From: the human T2T-CHM13v2.0 reference genome, Homo sapiens
Assembly: GCF_009914755.1 (NCBI RefSeq)
Contig: NC_060930.1
Reading direction: 5' to 3' (one strand)
Length of the DNA: 64,000 bases
Part shown: positions 13,359-26,605 of the stretch, piece by piece
How the letters are laid out: each line of letters starts with the position of its first letter
How positions within the stretch are numbered: the first letter of the stretch is position 1
Notes under the pieces: generated by a model
Database searches by the model: none
What the model was told of the DNA's origin: nothing
The model's input: the letters and a program-made list of their open reading frames with translations, nothing else
Translations under genes and position numbers: made by a program

Positions 13359-14368
13359 GATAAACTTCATAAATTAGAATATAAAAATTTCAACACCTGC
13401 ATATCAAAAAGTTCATAAATAAGATTTTTTAAAGAGCAAACTGAAATAAATACATATGTAAATTTGTGATATATGAGGCAAACATTAAGTGCCTTGATTT
13501 AAAATGACCACCTTTAACTCACTAATAACAAGACAATTATTTCAGAAACATTAAGTATACTAATAGTCAAAAAAGTATAAATAGCCAATAAAAACTATGA
13601 AAACAATCTCTAACATCATTAATAGTAAGAAAAAACTAAAATTAAAATGATAGATCCTGTTTCACCTATCAGGCTGGCAACTATCGAACTATCGAGTATT
13701 GATGACAATTCAGAGAACTGAGTACTCTCACTTTGCTGGCAGAGATATAAGTTAGTCAACTGTTATGAAAGGTAGTTTGGCAGAAAATATCAAAAAGTGT
13801 TTAAAATATGAACACCATTTGGTCACCTGACTATTTCTAATAATTTAGACTTAAAATAATCTAAAACATGTATACTTTTTTAACCTGTAAGATTTCTTCA
13901 GCACAATACATTTCTTCGGTCCACAATAGAAAAAATGTAACCATTTAAATGCCCAATAATAACAACTAGTTAAGTAAATGTATGATACATTCATACCAAG
14001 ATTTACTATATTATCAGGGGAGAAAATTATGTTATAAAAGAATATTTAATGAGATGGAATGTCCATCTCATTAAATGTCCAAGCAGATTACAAAACAGTA
14101 TGAGGCAAAATGATCTCATATTTTGTGAAAAGGAAAAAAAATCATAAAAGCTGGAAGGAAAATCAATGAAATATTAACAGTAACTGTCTCTGGTTATCAA
14201 TTAAGTGGCAATTTAAATGTTCTTATTACTGCTAACATGATTTACTAATTTTTCTGCATTTAACATGTATTGATATTATGATAGAAAAGCAATAAAAGAT
14301 GCTTTTAATGAGGAAACCAAAAATAATAGGCAACTTTGTCCTTTGTTCTTGGGAGTCAGGATTAATCA

Positions 14369-14676
<308 letters not shown>

Positions 14677-14874
14677 GGTCAGCTATATCTGTCTCTTTCC
14701 ATATGTCAAACTAGTTTTAAAGCATTATTCTATTTGAGCTTTACTCTATTGTTAGGTATCATTAACCTCTTGGATGAGGTCTAGATTTCAGAAAAAGTAG
14801 CACACTCAAGGTCATGCAGCTAGTGACAGCTGAATATGACCGGCCCCCGTGGTATCTGATTCCAAAGCGCGTTT

Positions 14875-15006
14875 CTTTCTTTATTATTTCCATAGGTTTC
14901 TGGGGAACAGATGGTGTTTGGTCACATGAATAAGTTCTTCAGTGGTGATTTCTGAGATTTTGGTGTCACGTCACCTGAGCAATATATACTTTACCCAATG
15001 TGTAGC
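14875..15006 (-). mobile_element. L1PB 3' end fragment
   Basis: 'ttccataggtttctggggaacagatggtgtttggtcacatgaataagttcttcagtggtgatttctgagattttggtg' is an antisense L1PB terminus. Confidence 0.8.
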
Positions 15007-15229
15007 ATTTTCCTGGGGTTTATTGTGGAGTAGTTAAGCGTTATGAGAATAGACCCAAAAAACTAACTGCCACATATCACATAGTTTCTGTGAATAAATG
15101 TTTGGCACGCTAAACACCACACTTATAAATGGCCATTGGGAAGCAATTTTTTCTTAACCTATGTGTTGCTTCTGACTGTTTACACTGTTTATGTCTGTGT
15201 CACATGCATTATTATTCTTGGAGGCAATA

Positions 15230-15480
15230 TCCAGTAATGGGTAGGAGCACTGGCTCATAGTTAGATTCCCTTGGTGGAACCTGACTCTACCCTTTAATAC
15301 CAATGAACTACTTACCTTCACAGGGTCTGATTCGTCACCAGTAAAATAAAGGTAATGACTGTACCTACCTTAGGTTGTTCTAGTGAAGATTAAATAAATT
15401 AATCTACGTGGTGCTTTGTGGATTTAAAAAGTGTCAGACACATAGCAAGCACTAGATAAAGGGGATCTATGATGATCATT
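15230..15480 (+). mobile_element. MIR SINE
   Basis: 'gtaaaataaaggtaatgactgtacctacct...gtgaagattaaataa...gacacatagcaagcactagataa'. Confidence 0.65.
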
Positions 15481-16524
15481 ATTAATGTATTCGCTAGATA
15501 TTAAATCCCCCCAAGGGCAATAATCGCATGTTGTATTGCGTTTGAATTCCCTAAAGAGCTCAATAAATGGTTGATCAATGGATAAAGCTGGAAGTAAGGT
15601 AATTTCTGACAAGAATTTCTCAGTGCTGCAAAATACCCTCTCTAATTCAACGAGAATGCTCCCTGATTAACTTGTATTGACTAATAGAGGCCTTATTTTT
15701 ATCTTATTTTTTCTCATCTATGAAAGGGGTACTTAAAATTACCATTTAAGGCTGTCTTGCATTTCCTTATTAAACATCACTTTAATTATTGATTGAATAT
15801 TCAATATTTAAATGCAAGTTACCTCCATTTCAACAAGGCCTTTCAGGGAAGGGCGTAACTTTATGTGACTAAAAATAGTTAAATGACCCCTGAGTTTTAA
15901 AATCCTTAAACATTTATTTATGGCACCCTGTAGAAAGATAACAGTAACCTAGTTCTTTCAATAAGAAAGTAGCAGGAAAGAATCATGGCTCAATCTTTCA
16001 CTGAAAGTATTTAATCTGAGTAAGTCCCAGATACCCAGCAGTGTTAATGTACTATGTGTTACTTTGAAGTCAGTGAAACTGAAAATCTCACTTTAGAAAG
16101 TTCTCTTAATCACTGAGAATATAACCATGTTCTGATTTTAATTATGACATGGCGGATTTTAAAATAAATCTGTAAAAGCTGATGTGCAAGTCCTGGCATA
16201 ATTATTTGACTACTCCACCAAGTAGGCAGTGTACATGTTTTTTTTTTTTTCATATAAATTTGGTCATATTAAATAAACCCAAGCAACCCAATTAAAAGCA
16301 ATGAGCTTCCCAAGTGCTGAGCCAACAGTCCTACCTAACAATGCTATTGTAATGGCCAAATGGCTTGCACTGAGAAACAAAAAATATCAAAAATTCCATT
16401 TACCAATGCAAATTGTCCTGGAATTTTTCTGTTACTGTAATGTTTTCAATTTGATTTAGTGACAACTAGAAAAAGAAAGAAACTTGGCTAGATTGAACAA
16501 GCATATCTAATGAATTAATAGCTG

Positions 16525-17310
16525 TGAACCTGTCACTTCTCTTAAAAACCTCCGGTGGCTCTCAAATAACTTCAAGAAGATACCCTGCTCAGAACGCAAG
16601 CTCCTCCATGATTTGCCTATAGCCTAATTCATTTTCCCAAGACAACTCTCTCCTGCTCTTTCCTTCCATTCCCCTCATTCCAACTAAGAATAATCCATCT
16701 TTCCCTAAGAATCACATGCACTCTTCAGCTTCTGTGTCTCTTTGTAAATGCTGGTCCCTCTCCAAGAAAGTCTACTTACAATTGTAGCTATTTGGTATAT
16801 CCTTCAAGGCCCTGCTCAAGGCCACTTTTCCCCTTAACCCCATAATTGCACCAAAGAACAGATTAGATGTTAGATACCTATAAAGTTTAAGAACAATAGA
16901 AAGATATTCCAATAAATGTAATATCTAAGTAAAAATAGTGTGTTTGTTATATAAATGGAGTTTGGCAACAAAAATCCTTGGGCCACTCCCGGCCCTCCAA
17001 CAGGATTGCTGCCTCTAATTCTATACAAAAAGTTTGGAGCTATCACTGCTGAACTCTCCTTTAAAAAGGAACCTTCTCTCTCTTTGTGCCGATGGCATGT
17101 AGTCTGCTGTTTACTTTGGCCTTGAACACATCTTATCTTGTCTAACAGTTGTTTGTTTAGACTCCCGTATTATTTTCCCTGCTATTTCCTGAGCAGGAAT
17201 TAAATCTTGCTCACCAGGTACCACCACACTACTTAGCAGACAGTATTGCTCAACGTAGGTAGGTGTTCAATATTTTAGTGGCATGGAAATGAGAATGAAT
17301 GAATGAAGAG
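16525..17310 (+). mobile_element. L2 remnants
   Basis: Pyrimidine-rich L2 body ending in 'gtaggtgttcaatatttt...gaatgaatgaatgaa', the typical L2 terminus. Boundaries are approximate. Confidence 0.5.
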
Positions 17311-20300
17311 AGGTACAGTCTGAAAAATCAAGCCATGATTAATGAAAATTAGTCTTATCACTTTCAAGTGCACACACTAACAGTTTGTCAGTTATCTCTG
17401 TCCATAGCTCTTTGGTTTCATTTTCTGATCATTTCTCCCACAGTTCTGTTTAAGTAGTCCCCACTATGATGTTCCTATTAGTTCTCAAACTACATTTTTG
17501 AATAAGAACAAAGTGTTCATTATCAAATTAAAGAATGGACATTCTTTTTCCAATTCACATTGCACAGAAATAAATTTATGATTAAAACGTTAAAATTTGA
17601 ATTGAGCCTTTTTCATCTCAACTAGAATCTATGTTCACAAGTATACTATCTAATTTAGCAATATTTCATGGGTCCATGCAAAGAGGACATGATTTTTCAG
17701 GTGTACTACCTGAACATCAGAGAAAATCATTCTCCCAACCCTTTAGTATAAAAATTTTATTTCCATCACACCAAGAGGTTTAAAATACTAGTCTGTTTTT
17801 CTAAAGGTCTACATTTTAAAAACTGCATAAAGAAAGTTATTTAAAACACAGACAATAGAATCGACAAAACATAAAATAAACTGAAATAAAGTGAATGCAA
17901 TTTTCAAAAATAGAGAAAATATGCAAATACATATAATATATAAACTCTGTTTTGCAAATGGTGGTTTAATTACAAAATGCAGCATTTTCCTCTCTGACTT
18001 GAACTACTGTCTTCTGACAGATATTACCCTAGTCCTTCATATACTAACAAGTCATGTTAATTATAAAACCGTTCATTATTTTCTGCCTTTTACATCTATA
18101 GACAGACAGACAAGTATATACCCACATACATCATTTATATTTGTCTTCTATTTTCTATTCATATTTTGTCTTCTATTTTCAGGCTTTATTAATGTTCCCA
18201 TTACAACTGTTATTCTAGCAAAATCCTGCTAGCCAGCCTTGACAAGTAAATCCTGCAGCGCTGTGAGTTTTGATACATGATTCAATAATGACCTAGGATT
18301 CTCAGATTAAAAGTGCTGTGGAAATGTACAGTGTCCCTTTCTTCCATATTCAAGGCACAGTACACTGCCCTTCTCCACTGTGCAGTTGAGCATGGTTGTT
18401 CTCTGCTAAGCAGCATGACATTTGGTTTCCAAAGAGATTGTGTTGCCCTAATGAATACTGCAATTCCTCAAGAAACTATTCGTTTCTTTGAAGTATTCAT
18501 GTCCCAGAAATGTAAGGAGCTACTATTCAAAACCAAAATCGGTCTCTAAAAATTTTCAGTCCAATATTCTCAATATACTAATATATTATTAAATTATTTT
18601 GAAGGCTAAATCCAGAAAAATGTAGTCAAATTCTTCTCTAGTAGAATCAATCCAGTCCCGTCTAGGGAAAAAAACTGCTATGTTTCTGTTTCTTGTAAAG
18701 TATATATTTCAATAAGTTTGTAAAATATGGAGGTCTAAAAATAGCCTGTATTTTTTTCCACAGTAAATCTAAAATTAGCAATTCCTTATTTCCAGTCTAT
18801 GAAGGTTTTTTCCCCAGAAAGTCACCTGCCAATTTTAAAATAATCAGATAAGGGCAAAAATGTGCACACATCTAATAAAAATATTTCAATAAAAGTGTTG
18901 AGAAAATATAGCTGTTATTTGTAGTCTAGTGGAAAAGACATTTAGCCTTAAATATTTCCACAGCATTTGATATTTCAGAAACCTGTAGAGCCTCTTCTTT
19001 TCTTTCACTTTTATCAAATAATGCCAAACAAGCAGATCCAGGAATCTTTAATTTTTTCTTCTGACACTGAAAGAAGAAACTTTCTTACAGAGAATCCATA
19101 TTTTTGGAACTCTGTGAGACAGTGGTTTTATTAATGTCAATTAATCTTGACAGCTTAGTAGATGGTTTATACAGCTATTAGAAGATATACTATTGTCTTC
19201 ATTTATGCATAATGTAAATGCTATTATTCATGTTATAATTAACAGAGACACATGAGAATTTTAGACAAAATAATTATTTTAAATAATTAAATTATTTGAA
19301 GTCCATGAACAAGGCAAGCATGAAGTTCTTTTAGAATTCAGTGACTGGGTAATAACTTTCTTTTTTGAAAAACAGTGTGCTTTCTCTTTTCTCATTATGA
19401 AAGTTAGAAAACTCACTGTGCTTCTCTTCTGACTTGGCCACCAGGAAGTTCCATGTTGAACTAGGTCTTATTCACAGTTAAGTATTCCTTCCCATTTGAA
19501 GGCATATTCTCTTCATCTTTTCATAGCTTTTTAATGCACGGTTGCTTACTTCTATTTTATTATTCCAATGAGTGTAAATTCTACATATACAAGTAAAGAA
19601 GCAGAGAGTTCATTAATTTTAACAAGAAATTAATCTGAAACCATTTATTGTACCCCTACTGTGTGCTGGGCATTTTTCTAGGGGATGGGAATGTAGTTTA
19701 TTAAAAGAATATTTTCATAAGAGAAGTGAATATGTTTCATTGTATCCTTAAGAGAGGGGGGAAATCTGCCAATCAAACCAACTTCAAGAAAATGGAAATT
19801 TAAAAGAACTTCCTTAAAGGCAAAGCCTGCCAACATCAATTTAACTCCCACAAAAAGTTAAGCTAATACACTGAGTGTTCTCACTGTTGCTTACTGGCAC
19901 ACGGAAAACTGGTTACTTGCTATACACCCCTCTTCTCAAGGGTCCTGCAATAAAACTAGTCTTTATCCTGAGGCATGCTAAGCACTAACAACACCATAAA
20001 ATAAAAGCTTTTAAATAAATTGCCCCTCAACAACAGTTTTAAAGATCAGTTTAAACATTCTAACTTTCGAGAGAGAGCTTTGGGTCATAGATTTCCTACC
20101 TTGAAGCTTCTGCTGTAACAAGTAAGTCGCAATTACTGGGGCAAGCCAAGAAATACAATGCATTTTGTGTGGCTGACTGGGCAAGAAAAATTAACTAGTA
20201 AAGCAGCTCCCTTTCAGGGATGACTTCAAGGTTGGTGGGCCTAAATTTGCACTTGCTTTCAGCTTTGTTTTGCTTTACTGGCTTGCAAATATGTGTCACA

Positions 20301-22079
20301 CAGTGACCCTAGGTTGGCCTGCCTGCTGCCAGCCTGATGTTGGAAAAGGTATTGAAATGTACAAGGATCTTGCCCTTGGCCTCCACTCCTAGGGCGCAGC
20401 ATTCTCACACATTTTAAGGCGTTACCAGCTCACAAAAGCCTTGTAGTCAGGGAAGGCAGCCCAACAAGGCTGCCCACAGATACACACGTGTTTGTCACCT
20501 GCCCCAGCAATTGCAAATAGAATAGCTCTTCTCAAGGCAACCTGTTTGTCCTCCCTTTGAAAGAGAAGGCTGTGTAAATAATTATATTTCAGATGTGGCA
20601 AAATATTGGAATTTTCAATTTGGACTATGCTCTTAGGCATCTCAGACTAACACAAAGTTTTCTAATTAACAGAGATGCCCTTATTTCACTGAGAAACCAA
20701 GCTAAAACTTTTAAATGGTGTCACATCTTGGTGACTTTCTAAGCCCATCAAATACCTGAGTGGCCAACGTTTTTTACGTAGCTGCGAGCAGCATCTCAAA
20801 GGATTTAGAGAAGCAACAAATAACAAAGTGTGACAGTCGATCTTGGAAAACCAGAGGGCTCTAATGAAGCAAAAAGTAGATGAAGAGGCATAAAAAAAAT
20901 CCAGGTTCGTTCCAAAAAAGTTTTACAATTATAGCAAAGCAATCATTTCATCGGTTTGTGCAACAAAATTCAAAATCTGCGGGGCGAGATAATACTTGGC
21001 CAACATCGCCAAATTTATCAATACGGGTGTAAAAACTGTAACTTTTTATTAAATGGGTGTGAAAAGAGTCGGGGAGGAGGAACAGGACCACTAAATCTGG
21101 TATTTCCAGATCTCTGCATTCAACATCTCACTCCCACGCCATTAAGTTAAATAACATTTAGCACAAAACACAGGCTAGACCACCAATTTCGGGAGGGCGT
21201 CTGAGTCTTCCCTTCTCCATTCCCTTTAGATCGGCCGTCCTGGCCTTTCTTTCCTAACGGCATCTCCTTTCTAATAAAGTCCCTCGTATCTTTTGGTGTA
21301 ATTAACTCATGGTACAAATCCTTCAAAAAGAAAGGAAAGAACTGCGGTTTGCTCTACGCGCGGACATCTTTTCTTCCTAAGCCTTCCCTTTCGCTGAAAA
21401 GGTTGTCGCAGAAGGGCGGGGAGGCTTGAAATCCCGCCGTTCCCTCATTCTTTCTCTTTTCTTTCTCTCCACATAACGCCTCCCCTACACCTCCCCACCT
21501 CCAATCCACTACCGTATTTAAGTCGGCGGGGGCGCTTTAAAGGGTTTCCTGTGTCTGTTTCTGTCTCTCTGACCCGAAACGCACTTTCGGTTATAGACAG
21601 ACAAGGCGCTCAACCAAGGGACAGGCAAATGGAATAAACAGCTGAGGAGAATAAACGACCTAATGGGGAAATCTCGTGCTGCCTAATTGCTATTGTGTTT
21701 TGCAGATAAATAAGCATATTATTTTGATAGCGTTCAAAACCCTGAGCTCTCTTGCCCTATGCATTCTTAACAGACTTCTATGGCGCTTACTATATACCAG
21801 GCGCTGTTTTAAATGCTTTTAAAATACCACCTTCTTTGCTTAAAAAATATTTTTAACAGATTTAAAATTCCGTGTGTGCTTTCGAACTTCCCTGCTATAC
21901 TCTTCTTTATACATAGTACAGCAGTTGTCTTCAAAGACAAATTGAAAAAAAACTTTAACCAGTTGCTACTTAATTGCCAGCAAATCGTTTCCCTCTGCAA
22001 TTTTTCGCAATCATAATTAAATACACTAGTATAGTGGCAAAGAACTGTTAGATTTTTTTTTTTCAGTGATGATCTCAGG

Positions 22080-23050
22080 TTTTGCCTCAGGCGTTTGGAC
22101 GCGCCCGCTAATTGCCCGTGTGGCAAACATGAGTTGCACCTGCAGGCATTTGAATTCAGAAAAACGTGCAGCCCTCACGGAAAGTTGTGACGGTCGAGCT
22201 TGAGCCTGGCGGGCCGCGGAGCGTTCACCTGCGGCCGGGAGGTACTGGCCCAGGGCGCTCGGGGCGGGAGGTGGCAGGCGACCGGCGCGCGTCAGGCTCG
22301 TCACCCGCTGGATTGCGGGGCCGGAGCGGGGACGGGGTCTGGGTCCTGGCCCGCCCTCGTGCAGCCGATCGGAGGCCCCGAACCCCGCGCCGACCCAGCC
22401 ATCCGCCCTGAGGCCGACAGGGGAGCTGGGGTTCACCGACCCCCGCGGCCCCGCCGTCGGGCGCGGACCCCATCCAGCCCCACCTGGCCCCGCCGAGTGT
22501 GTGCTTTGCCTGGGGTTAAGTTTCAGAAGCCAAGATGGAACGATTCGGGTTTCTATTCACAAGGTTATTGAAGGCATGGCGGTGGGGACCGCGCAAAAGA
22601 GATGAGAGTGTGGGGGGAAAGGGGTTTCTGTTCTAATAAGGGCTTAGCACGCTGGCCGCAGGTCCTCCGCGCCGACCGGGCTCCTTCCCGCTCTCCCCCG
22701 GGCCAAACCCCGCCAGGGTCCCGTCTTTCCCAGTCGCGTCCTTTCCTCTTCTCCCCGCCCCGCGCCGGGCTTGTGTGGACAGAGAACGGAGTGTCAAAGG
22801 GACGCCCTGGGCCGATCCCCAGGAAGCTATGAATCCCTCCGTGACGGAGGGGTCTGGGGATCGATAGACGGCCCTTTCTCAGAGGCTCTCTCCACTACTG
22901 ACCAAGCGGCCCTGCCAACGTGTGGTTTCCGGCTGGACCCCAACCCAGCCGCCGCCAGTCTCCCGGCGCCCCTGGCTGGGTCTCGCTCAGTCCCTGCCCT
23001 CGCAGACGCACAGCGGGGTGGCCAGTTCAAAAGTCCTACATAACTTGGAG
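22080..23050. promoter_or_regulatory. Upstream CpG island; candidate alternative HEY2 promoter
   Basis: Very high GC and CpG density, separated from the main island by a lower-GC gap. Candidate splice donor GAG|gtactg at 22241/22242. Confidence 0.75.
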
Positions 23051-23933
23051 AGAACCAGCAGCTAGAAAACCTGTTTTAAACACACAGCTTGAGTTTTATA
23101 CAACCCACGTTGTCCAAGGCACGAACTGTTGGACACGAATTCATACTTTAGAAACCAAATCTAATTTCCAAGCGCCAATCTTCACCTCCCGGACTCTAAC
23201 TCTGCGGCTGCGAGTGCATACACCAGGGGGACTGGAGGAGACTGGAGGCAATTATCTGGATAATCCAAGCCCGAAAAACTCGAACTTGAAAATATACGAT
23301 TATGTCCTGAAATGCCCGCGTCATTGATCTAGTCTTTCCTACCATCAGAGCTGACACAGCTCCAGTCCACGGGCTTCTCCGCGGGGTCTAGGATCCACAG
23401 TCCCTGGGGGCTGAAGACCCAATGGAAGTAACTGATGGATCGCAAATTGGAAATCGTAACGTGGCCGACAGACCTGATCAGGAAAACTCGCGTCCTTATA
23501 TGAAACAGCCCCGAGGCCGCGAAAGTAGCCTCAGGAGTTGTCAGATTCAAAAGCAATTTTGATTTAAGGTTTTCAAAAGCCCCAGAGGGCAAATGTGACC
23601 ACTCGGGTCAGCCAGTCAGCAGTTTGGATCCAGACAGGGGACCACCGAGTGGGGCGGCCGAGGAGCCGCGGCGCCTCCCGACGTCACACGCGCCTGCTCG
23701 CACTTAGCCACGCGCTTGGGGTTATTCTTTACACTCAGGACTGAAACTTCGCCCGCGAGACCGCGGGGCGCGGAGGAGGGCCGAAACCCAAGGTCCAGGT
23801 CCAGGGCCCGCCCCCGCGCGCCCGCGTTGGCGCCCGCGCGCTCCCTCCGCAGGGGTTAGCAAGATTGCGCTCATTCTCGCCCCGGCTGCTCCCCACCCGC
23901 TCGCTGCTCTGGGGTACCAGGTCCGCGGCCGCG

Positions 23934-23941
23934 TTCCCACG
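23934..23941 (-). promoter_or_regulatory. High-affinity RBPJ/CSL site
   Basis: TTCCCACG is the reverse complement of CGTGGGAA. HEY2 is a canonical Notch target. Confidence 0.8.
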
Positions 23942-24141
23942 CCTCGGCTGGAGCCTTGCGGCGGGCATTGGCGAGCGCGGCCCCGCCCCCTGGCCCAGCC
24001 AATCGCGAGCCACGCCGACCAGCGAGGGGGAGGTGCCGGGCGGAAGGCCTGGGCCGGTGCGCGGGGGCGGGTGAGGTGGCCCCACCCGCTCGAGGGGGGG
24101 GCGTGGCCGGCGCCGGCTCTTGCGGCCGAGCAGAGTTGCGG

Positions 24142-24149
24142 CGTGGGAA
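24142..24149 (+). promoter_or_regulatory. High-affinity RBPJ/CSL site near the TSS
   Basis: CGTGGGAA, 150 bp upstream of the HEY2 ATG. Confidence 0.8.
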
Positions 24150-24291
24150 AGAGCCGCTAGGAGCAGACCGCGCCGCCGCCGGAGCCGCGCCTGCCCAGGC
24201 CCGGGGAGGGAGGAGGCGGGCGTCAGGGTGCTGCGCCCCGCTCGGCGTCCGAGCTTCCGGCCGGGCTGTGCCCCGCGCGGTCTTCGCCGGG

Positions 24292-24374
24292 ATGAAGCGC
24301 CCCTGCGAGGAGACGACCTCCGAGAGCGACATGGACGAGACCATCGACGTGGGGAGCGAGAACAATTACTCGGG
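24292..24374 (+). CDS. HEY2: HEY2 coding exon 1 (83 nt)
   Basis: ATG at 24292; encodes MKRPCEETTSESDMDETIDVGSENNYSG; donor GG|gtgagc. Confidence 0.98.
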
Positions 24375-26315
24375 GTGAGCGCGGGCTCCGCGGGAGCGGC
24401 CCGCAGCTCGGGAGCTTGGGGTAGCTTTGTGAATGCGTGGCTCCCTGGAAATCCCGAGGCTGGTCTCCGCAGCATCTAGGTAGAGAGGGAAAGTTTGGCC
24501 TGAGAAAGTTTGAGTGGTGGGCGCTCGCAGAGCGTGAGTTGGGATGGGGCAAGGGATGTGGATTTTCACCGTAGGGGTGGAGTAGCCAGGATGGGAGACG
24601 CCACTGAAAGGCAGAGCGCAGGAGTTGGCGAGGGAGGGTCCTGGCTGTCACAGTTGGACGCGCGAACGGCAGCGTCTGGGCGACAGGCGATGTCCCAGCC
24701 ACTGAAACCGTATTTGGGGGCACTTTCAAAATAGATCAGGAGAAAATAAAAACAATTTGATTTTTGATTTTTAGAGATACCAAAATCACAACTTGATTTT
24801 TGGAGGAATTAAAGCAACCTGCGATGTCAAGGCTACGTAGGTTGAACTTTGCAGGTTGACCGTGTGTGACTTGGCTAACGCAAGAGTGAGTGACAGATGT
24901 AAGCATCGGAAAGGGCATCATTTCTTTGACTGCTTGTTCTCAAGTCTGGAAGAGATCGGCGTCGTAATCACAGAAGCCAGACCTCCACTTTCCTGTGACA
25001 GAGGGAGATTACCGAGGCATTTTAGAGCCAAGGCGGGTCAAATGATAATTGCTTCTAATTGGCATCCCCAGAAGCACCTTAATTATTTATCTGCAGCTGT
25101 CACTCAAAGAGGGAAATTCTTCCTACCTTTGGAAAACTGGTTTTCTTTCATATTGTTATTCTAATACATACAAAGCAAAGCACAAAATCTGCAAGAGCAA
25201 AGATATTTACACGAAAGCAAAGGTTTAAGTATCTGATCATTAAAGTGTTGTTGTGCCGTCTTTAAAAATGAGGTCTGAAAAACAGAAGCTATCACGTGAA
25301 AGGTGAAACCCGTAAAGAAGGGGTGAAAATGAGGGGGACAGGTAATTCAGAAATAAGATCCAGAAGTGAGAAGGTGAGGTAATAGCAACCTGGTGTGTGC
25401 AGCATTTCTAAAATGAAAGAGAACAAATAACAGGAACCTGGGGAATTTGAGAACACAAAGAAGCATAGTATCCATGAATTATGAAGAGAAACAGATACAA
25501 ACTAGAAAGGATTGTAAAAATTATGTGACCAAATAATACTTTGATTGAACCTTCAATATAAAAATATATTTTCATTAGTAAATCCAAGGTGCATTGCAGC
25601 TTCTGGAGATTTAAGCTTAGCCTAAAGTCTGAGACACACCTACAGTTTCATTTTCAAAGTAAAACATTCACCTAGTAATAAAATGAGTTTTAATTTTCCT
25701 ATCAGTGGCATATTTAGGGCATATTTTTGGAAGATTAGTATGCAAAACATCAAGTTTGTCAATTTTTTCCTGTTGCAATATATGACTAACTGAAGTTTTG
25801 AAACAGTAAGATAACTTCTATTTATTTTAAAGTTTGCACCTAGAGACAAGAGTTTGACGTATGACGACTGCACATCTGTTTGATAGTGGTGCTTAACATA
25901 ACCCTGATTTGAAAAAGTGGCATTATTTTGTTCAGTGTGCCTGACAGGAGGGAGAAGGAAAGCTATTTGAGATTAGTTGACTTTAAAATATATGAGTGGA
26001 ACTAGGAAATGCTAATATCTAACTTCTCAGCCCAACTGCCGGTAATTATTTCACTGGGAGACTTTCAAGTAAAAATTGTGGGACATTTTGGCCAATGGGT
26101 TAGCATCTGGATTACAAATTAAGGCGTAATTTTTACCTGAAAAGAGACAGCCGGGCTGAAAGCAAAGTCCGTTAAGAGTGAAACAAGAACTAAGAATAAA
26201 ATAACACAGACTTGAACTGTGCAATCACTCTGAATATTTAATGGGTGCCACAAGTACCCAGAAGAAACTATTGTTATGTTAATGCAGCACCTGACATACT
26301 CTTCTTATTTCATAG

Positions 26316-26394
26316 GCAAAGTACTAGCTCTGTGATTAGATTGAATTCTCCAACAACAACATCTCAGATTATGGCAAGAAAGAAAAGGAGAGGG
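26316..26394 (+). CDS. HEY2: HEY2 coding exon 2 (79 nt; start of the basic region)
   Basis: Acceptor tttcatag|G; encodes QSTSSVIRLNSPTTTSQIMARKKRRG; donor GGG|gtatgt; phase matches exon 1. Confidence 0.98.
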
Positions 26395-26521
26395 GTATGT
26401 GATTTTTCCCCCTTTTTATTTCATGTAACTTATACTATTGTGTAACAGTTACATTTTTTCATTTGAGTAATTTTATCATTTGTGAATTCATAAACTTTTG
26501 TTGTTTGCTTCTTTTGGATAG

Positions 26522-26605
26522 ATTATAGAGAAAAGGCGTCGGGATCGGATAAATAACAGTTTATCTGAGTTGAGAAGACTTGTGCCAACTGCTTTTGAAA
26601 AACAA
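26522..26605 (+). CDS. HEY2: HEY2 coding exon 3 (84 nt; basic region and helix 1)
   Basis: Acceptor ggatag|ATT; encodes [28 protein letters not shown]; donor CAA|gtaagc; intron 2 is 127 bp. Confidence 0.98.

Larger units (their letters stand above)
23380..24720. promoter_or_regulatory. HEY2: HEY2 promoter CpG island (TATA-less, GC and CCAAT boxes)
   Basis: CpG-dense region spanning exon 1. ATTGG at 23967-23971, GC box ccccgccccc at 23981-23990 and CCAAT at 23999-24003. Confidence 0.92.

Noticed and set aside
23934-24149. Possible paired RBPJ (SPS) site for Notch dimers
   Set aside because: The two sites are ~200 bp apart, not the 15-17 bp head-to-head spacing an SPS needs.
22026-24734. Many overlapping 70-246 aa ORFs on both strands around the promoter
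   Set aside because: These are GC-rich CpG-island shadow ORFs (Arg/Pro/Gly/Ala-rich, stop-poor). Only 24292-24374 matches a real protein.
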